Below are positions 56,431 to 64,000 of a stretch of DNA of 64,000 nucleotides, one piece after another. Within the stretch, counting starts at the first letter, position 1. Every line of letters begins with the position of its first letter. Made by a program: the position numbers and the translations under genes. The notes below the pieces were generated by a model that saw only the letters and a program-made list of their open reading frames with translations, was not told where the DNA came from and ran no database searches. Where the stretch lies: NCBI GenBank assembly GCA_963841735.1, contig CAWJDT010000004.1, forward strand, positions 1-64,000, written 5' to 3'. The DNA comes from an uncultured Actinomycetes bacterium. GTDB lineage: Bacteria > Actinomycetota > Thermoleophilia > RBG-16-64-13.

Positions 56431-57069
56431 GTGAACCTCGCATTCGGCGTCTATGGGCTTGTGGCCGAAACCGCTGTGGAATGGACTACGGGCAATGTCG
56501 TGCAGTCCAGTCCCGTTAGGCACGTGGTAGTCGGTAACCTCTCAGGGGTCTACAGGGTCATCGGCCCGCTAGCGGTGACGCCTACGGCGGATCCGACGAT
56601 CTCAGACAACGCGACGCCCCTGGTGTTGATCATGGGCTTCAGTGGGACGATGGATCTGTGGTCGCCCGCGTTCGTCACGGCGCTTGCACAAGACAAGTCG
56701 GTCATCGTCTTCGACAATCGAGGCATCGGCGAGACGAATGACCCGATGGGCGAAGACCCCTTCTCCCAACTGGCAGACGACACGGCAGCGTTCATCAAGG
56801 CTCTCGGCTACGAGCGGGAAGACGTCCTGGGTTGGTCGATGGGCGGCGACATCGCCATAGACCTGGGAGTACGCAGAAGGCTTCCCCATCCCCAAGGAGC
56901 AGGCGGGGGCGACGGCGATCGGCCTGCAGGCCGAGGCGATGGGCAAATGGGAGGGCGTGTGGGACGGCCTTTAAGGAATCGGGCTCAGTACCCTGCTGGT
57001 GACGGGCACGGCCTCATGTATCAGGACCCGGAGGGGTTGGCTCGGTTGGTTCTGATGTTCCTGGGGTGA
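56431..57069 (+). pseudogene. Internally deleted alpha/beta hydrolase
   Basis: PLVLIMGFSGT, VFDNRGIGET, LGWSMGG, terminal GHGLMYQDP; the cap and acid-residue region is mostly absent, with a leftover piece in another frame. Confidence 0.7.
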
Positions 57070-57108
57070 CGGCGGGCGCTCTCGCTTCCCACTGAGGGGC
57101 GGATAAGC

Positions 57109-57154
57109 TAATCTTACGCGCGACCTTTAATCGAGCCCAGTGAGGCCGAAAGGA
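57109..57154 (+). promoter_or_regulatory. -10 box (TAATCT) plus PyrR-binding RNA hairpin upstream of carB
   Basis: ACCTTTAATCGAGCCCAGTGAGGCCGAAAGGA at 57123-57154; 28/32 identical to the pyrC copy with a compensatory GTC/GAC to GCC/GGC change. Confidence 0.88.
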
Positions 57155-57168
57155 AGAGTGGTACAAGC

Positions 57169-60531
<3,363 letters not shown>

Positions 60532-60607
60532 AGGGGGCTTTGAAGGCGTAGGACTCCCTGTCCGATAGTGGAGGCTGTTGTCGCGTCCAGCGTCAAGGAG
60601 GTTCGGA

Positions 60608-60676
60608 GTGTTCTGTCCCAAATGTGGTGCCGCCATCGACGAGGATGACGCAGTCTGCGATAAGTGGAGAGTCTGA
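60608..60676 (+). CDS. 22-aa zinc-ribbon-like small ORF or remnant (MFCPKCGAAIDEDDAVCDKWRV)
   Basis: AAGGAGG RBS at canonical spacing before GTG 60608; CxxC...CxxW; absent from the ORF track. Confidence 0.55.
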   Translation: MFCPKCGAAIDEDDAVCDKWRV

Positions 60677-60716
60677 CGACGGCCCGTCGGTCATGCTATC
60701 TGGGCGACATCTGAGC

Positions 60717-61532
60717 ATGAACGGAGCGGGCGAATCTCGCCTGCGGGGGAGGTTGATAGCCAGCGAGGCCGTCGGCCTCTGGCGGCGACTGACCCTTGAC
60801 GTACCCGGCTGGCCCGGGAGCCGCCCCGGACAGTTCGCCCTTCTCCAGGCCGAACCGTCGCGGTGCTTCTTGGCGCGGGCCATTTCGGTGTCGGACGAAA
60901 AGGGGGAAAGGGTGTCGTTCATCATCGCCCCTGTTGGGGACGGCACGGCGGAGCTGTGCGGCGTGGCCGAAGGTGAGCACGTGTGGGTGCTGGGCCCGCT
61001 CGGAAACGGCTTCGATGTGGATGCGCTTGTCACCAGTCCAGGCCGGGTGGTGGTGGTGGCCGGGGGTGTGGGCTTGGCTCCGTTTCCTCTGTTGCTCTCC
61101 AGGATGAGCGTGGCTGCCACGGTCCCGGAGGTTATGGTGTTGCTTGGGTTCCGTGACGCGGCCCAGGCAGAGGCGGCCGGGGTGGTGCAGGAGGCAGCGG
61201 TGCGCATGGGTGAGGCGGGGCTCCGTTGTCGGCTCGAAGTGGCCACTGAGGACGGATCGCTCGGTCTGGCAGAGAGGGTCACCGACCTTCTCGCGCGTCA
61301 TCTTCGCTCAGGCGACCGCGTGGTGGCGTGCGGCCCTGAAGCAATGGCCAAAGCGGTCTGGCAGGTGTGCGCCACCGTGGGGGAGGTGCGGAGTTGGTTC
61401 AGCTTAGAGACCAAGATGGCCTGCGGCCTAGGATCGTGTCACGGATGCGTCGTCACACTGGCCGACGGCTCATATGCGCGGGTATGTCACGAAGGCCCGG
61501 TGTTCGGCGGGGTTGAGGTGTTCGGTGGCTGA
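60717..61532 (+). CDS. pyrK: Dihydroorotate dehydrogenase electron transfer subunit
   Basis: RPGQF, GPLGNGF, AGGVGLAP, ACGPEAM, MACGLGSCHGCV...VCHEGPVF; start approximate. Confidence 0.92.
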   Translation: MNGAGESRLRGRLIASEAVGLWRRLTLDVPGWPGSRPGQFALLQAEPSRCFLARAISVSDEKGERVSFIIAPVGDGTAELCGVAEGEHVWVLGPLGNGFDVDALVTSPGRVVVVAGGVGLAPFPLLLSRMSVAATVPEVMVLLGFRDAAQAEAAGVVQEAAVRMGEAGLRCRLEVATEDGSLGLAERVTDLLARHLRSGDRVVACGPEAMAKAVWQVCATVGEVRSWFSLETKMACGLGSCHGCVVTLADGSYARVCHEGPVFGGVEVFGG

Positions 61533-62484
61533 CCTCTCTGTGAACCTGGGCCCACTGCGTCTCGAGCACCCCATCATCAACTGCTCGGGCACCATGGAAC
61601 TGTTCGAGCTGGCCGAGGTGTTCGGTGCCGGAGTCGTGGAGCACCCGCCGGTGGCCGCGTACGTGCCCAAGACGGTCACGCTTGAGCCGCGGGTAGGGAA
61701 TCCCCCGCCGCGCATACTGGAGACCGCCGGGGGCATGATCAACGCAATCGGCCTACCTGGTCCCGGGCTGGATGTCTTCCTACACCAGGAGCTACCCCGC
61801 CTCCTCGAGTTGCCTTGCCCGGTCATCGTGAGCATCGGAGGTTTCTCGGCCGGCGACTATGCCGCGCTGGCCACGTCTGTCCGCATTGCGCTCGACAGGG
61901 CGTTGGCTGGAGGCTGGGTGACCAAGGTCGGGCTCGAGCTGAACATCTCTTGCCCAAACGTGCATTCGGGCTGCGCGTCCATCGGCGCCGACCCGGGGGA
62001 GACCAGGGCGGTGGTGGAGGCCGTTCGCGCGGTTTGGCCGGGGCTCCTGGTCGCAAAGCTCACGCCGAACGTCACAGATATCGTGGCCATCGGGAGGGCC
62101 GCCGAGGCGGCGGGCGCCGACGCTTTGGCGGCAGTAAACACCTTCAAGGGGATCGTTCTCGACCGACAGACGCTGAAGCCGTTTCTGGGCAACACCACTG
62201 GTGGTTTGTCTGGCCCAGCTATCAAGCCGCTTGCCTTGCGGGCCGTCTATGAGTTGTATCAGGGGGTGGGCGTGCCAATCATTGGCATGGGCGGGGTGGC
62301 GACTGTCCAGGATGTGCTTGACTTCATGTCCTGTGGAGCCATGGTGGTGGCAGCGGGGTCTGCGGGCTTTCAGGACCCCGGCCGAGCGTCCGGACTTGCT
62401 CATGACCTGGGGGTCGCCTTGGCACAGCGCGACTTGTCGTTGCGGGGGCTGATCGGTCGCGCACATGGGCCGGAGAGAGCGTAG
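61525..62484 (+). CDS. pyrD: Dihydroorotate dehydrogenase B catalytic subunit
   Basis: GNPPPRI, NAIGL, ELNISCPNV, KLTPNVTDI, GGLSGPAIKP, IIGMGGV. Confidence 0.95.
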   Translation: MADLSVNLGPLRLEHPIINCSGTMELFELAEVFGAGVVEHPPVAAYVPKTVTLEPRVGNPPPRILETAGGMINAIGLPGPGLDVFLHQELPRLLELPCPVIVSIGGFSAGDYAALATSVRIALDRALAGGWVTKVGLELNISCPNVHSGCASIGADPGETRAVVEAVRAVWPGLLVAKLTPNVTDIVAIGRAAEAAGADALAAVNTFKGIVLDRQTLKPFLGNTTGGLSGPAIKPLALRAVYELYQGVGVPIIGMGGVATVQDVLDFMSCGAMVVAAGSAGFQDPGRASGLAHDLGVALAQRDLSLRGLIGRAHGPERA

Positions 62485-62535
62485 GTCCGACGTGGGTGCA
62501 GGGGAAAAACGCGCTTGTAGTGGCCAAAAACCGTA

Positions 62536-62563
62536 TTGCGTCACCTAGGGTGGTGTGTATAAT
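62536..62563 (+). promoter_or_regulatory. Housekeeping promoter, probably leaderless, for mIHF
   Basis: TTGCGT-N16-TATAAT, with an in-frame GTG 7 nt after the -10 box. Confidence 0.65.
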
Positions 62564-62570
62564 GGCCGCT

Positions 62571-62903
62571 GTGAACCAGATTTTGAGCACCACTCCCCAG
62601 ACACCCGAGCGTAGCCAACAGCAAAGGTTGGACGCTCTCAAAAGGGCTAATGACATCCGCTCGGAGCGCGCGCGGCTCAAGGAGAGTCTGCGCACGGGAG
62701 TCTTGACTATCATCGTCGTGCTGGGCGACCCACCGCCGTGTGTGCATACAGCCAAGGTGCTCGACCTGCTGTTGGCCGTGCCCAAGTATGGGCGGGTCAA
62801 AGCCAACCGGGTGCTCGAACGTTGCCGGGTGAGCCCGGCCAGGACCGTTAATGGCCTGACCCCTCGCCAACGCAAAGAGCTGCTGGATATGCTGGGCGGC
62901 TGA
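62571..62903 (+). CDS. mihF: Actinobacterial integration host factor (mIHF)
   Basis: QRLDALKRANDIRSERARLKESL, KVLDLLLAVPKYGRVKA, RTVNGLTPRQRKEL; upstream of gmk. Confidence 0.9.
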   Translation: MNQILSTTPQTPERSQQQRLDALKRANDIRSERARLKESLRTGVLTIIVVLGDPPPCVHTAKVLDLLLAVPKYGRVKANRVLERCRVSPARTVNGLTPRQRKELLDMLGG

Positions 62904-62929
62904 CCGACTCTCGATTTCTGGGGGCGGCT

Positions 62930-63529
62930 ATCGCCAGGCTTATAGTTATCTCCGGCCCATCGGGGGCGGGCAAAGGCACACTTATCAAACAAGTGATGGC
63001 GCGCGTCCCGCGTCTGACACTTTCGGTCTCGGCAACCACACGTTGTAAGCGGCCCGGCGAGCAGGACGGCCGCGAATATTCTTTTCTGGACGAGTCGGAG
63101 TTCAGGGGGTGGATCCAGGAGGGTCTTTTCCTGGAGTGGGCCGAATATGCGGGCCATCTATACGGTACGCCTGCGCAGGCGGTTCAGGAGAACCTGAACG
63201 CGGGTCTCGGTGTCATACTTGAGATTGAGCTTAAAGGGGCCGAGCAGGTTTTGGGGCAGCGGGTTGACGCGATGATGATCTACATCATGCCGCCATCACT
63301 TTCCGAGCTCGAACACCGGCTGCGCGGTCGCAAGACCGAGAGTGAAGAGGCCATACGCAATCGGCTGGCGAGGGCGGAGGAAGAGATGGCCACCGTGCGG
63401 AAGAAGGTGGAGGAAGGACTGCCGCCACTGCACCATGTTATAGTGAACGACAGTGTGAAGCGGGCCAGCAGCCAATTGGCCGCGATAATCGAACTAACTA
63501 GGAAACAAGATGAACAAGCCAACCATTGA
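62930..63529 (+). CDS. gmk: Guanylate kinase (apparent ATC start)
   Basis: ARLIVISGPSGAGKGTL upstream of the listed ORF, SVSATTR, LEWAEYAGHLYGT, PPSLSELEHRLRGR. Confidence 0.95.
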   Translation: MARLIVISGPSGAGKGTLIKQVMARVPRLTLSVSATTRCKRPGEQDGREYSFLDESEFRGWIQEGLFLEWAEYAGHLYGTPAQAVQENLNAGLGVILEIELKGAEQVLGQRVDAMMIYIMPPSLSELEHRLRGRKTESEEAIRNRLARAEEEMATVRKKVEEGLPPLHHVIVNDSVKRASSQLAAIIELTRKQDEQANH

Positions 63530-63782
63530 TGAGATCCTAGCCGGGCTGTCAGCTGCGCGTGACGCGGACGCGGTGGAGCCTAACCGCTACACGGCGGCGA
63601 TGGTCACGGCTAAGAGGGCCCGCCAGATCAACACCTACTATCACAGTTTGGGCGAAGGCTCGGGACTGGACAGTTTTCTGCCCACCACCACGGGCGGCTT
63701 CTCCCGCAATTACCTCAGCATCGCGATGGCCGAAGCCGCTCGCGGGGAGATCTCCTTCCGGCTCCGTCCCCAGCGGCCCTAG
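63510..63782 (+). CDS. rpoZ: RNA polymerase omega subunit
   Basis: PTIDEIL, NRYTAAMVTAKRARQINTYY, LSIAMAE; gmk-rpoZ-coaBC synteny. Confidence 0.92.
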   Translation: MNKPTIDEILAGLSAARDADAVEPNRYTAAMVTAKRARQINTYYHSLGEGSGLDSFLPTTTGGFSRNYLSIAMAEAARGEISFRLRPQRP

Positions 63783-63809
63783 GCCCGCCAGGCAACTAGG
63801 GAGCGTGTG

Positions 63810-64000
63810 ATGGCTGATCGGCCCGTCGTCCTCCTCGGGGTAACGGGAGGGATAGCCGCATTCAAGGCCGCCGAGCTGCTCAGGGGCCTGCAGAAGGCCG
63901 GCATGGAAGTGCGGGTGGTGATGACCCGTGCGGCCACCCAGTTTGTGGGGCCCATGACTTTCGAGACGCTTTCTGGTGCTCCGGTTCGTCTCGACGAGGT
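63810..64000 (+). CDS. coaBC: Bifunctional CoaBC, 5' part (runs off window end)
   Basis: MADRPVVLLGVTGGIAAFKAAELLRGL...VRVVMTRAATQFVGPMTFETLSG. Confidence 0.93.
   Translation, partial: MADRPVVLLGVTGGIAAFKAAELLRGLQKAGMEVRVVMTRAATQFVGPMTFETLSGAPVRLDE

Overview
High-GC chromosomal window, most likely from an anaerobic Actinomycetota (Thermoleophilia/Coriobacteriia-like). This is inferred from ftsZ without ftsA, sepF, divIVA, actinobacterial mIHF-gmk-rpoZ-coaBC, GTP-PEPCK, single-chain PFOR and a CWB2 surface protein. It opens with the end of the dcw/ylm cluster (murC, murB, ftsQ, ftsZ, pgeF, yggS, sepF, a ProC dimerisation-domain-only ORF, divIVA, DUF167, dksA-like, lspA, rluD) and tkt. The clearest hidden structure is a dispersed pyrimidine operon. 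pyrR-pyrB, pyrC-carA and carB-pyrK-pyrD keep their ancestral order but are separated by about 5.5 kb and 35.5 kb of other genes. pyrB, pyrC and carB each have their own -10 box and a near-identical 32-nt PyrR hairpin with a compensatory base pair; in pyrB and pyrC the hairpin's 3' strand is the ribosome-binding site. pyrF is missing from its usual place. The intervening DNA holds PFOR, redox enzymes, fba-pckG-aminotransferase, a CTAG-flanked MITE, an orphan minor-pilin trio, an ECF sigma with an Asp-box anti-sigma, a CWB2 propeller protein, an ALDH1L1-like formyltransferase, a PocR/PAS phosphorelay, rpiB, LemA and gene remnants. At least 11 genes in the first ~29 kb carry short frameshifts that look like sequencing errors. 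No tRNA, rRNA, CRISPR array, integrase or transposase was seen. All family assignments come from motif recognition, not database searches.
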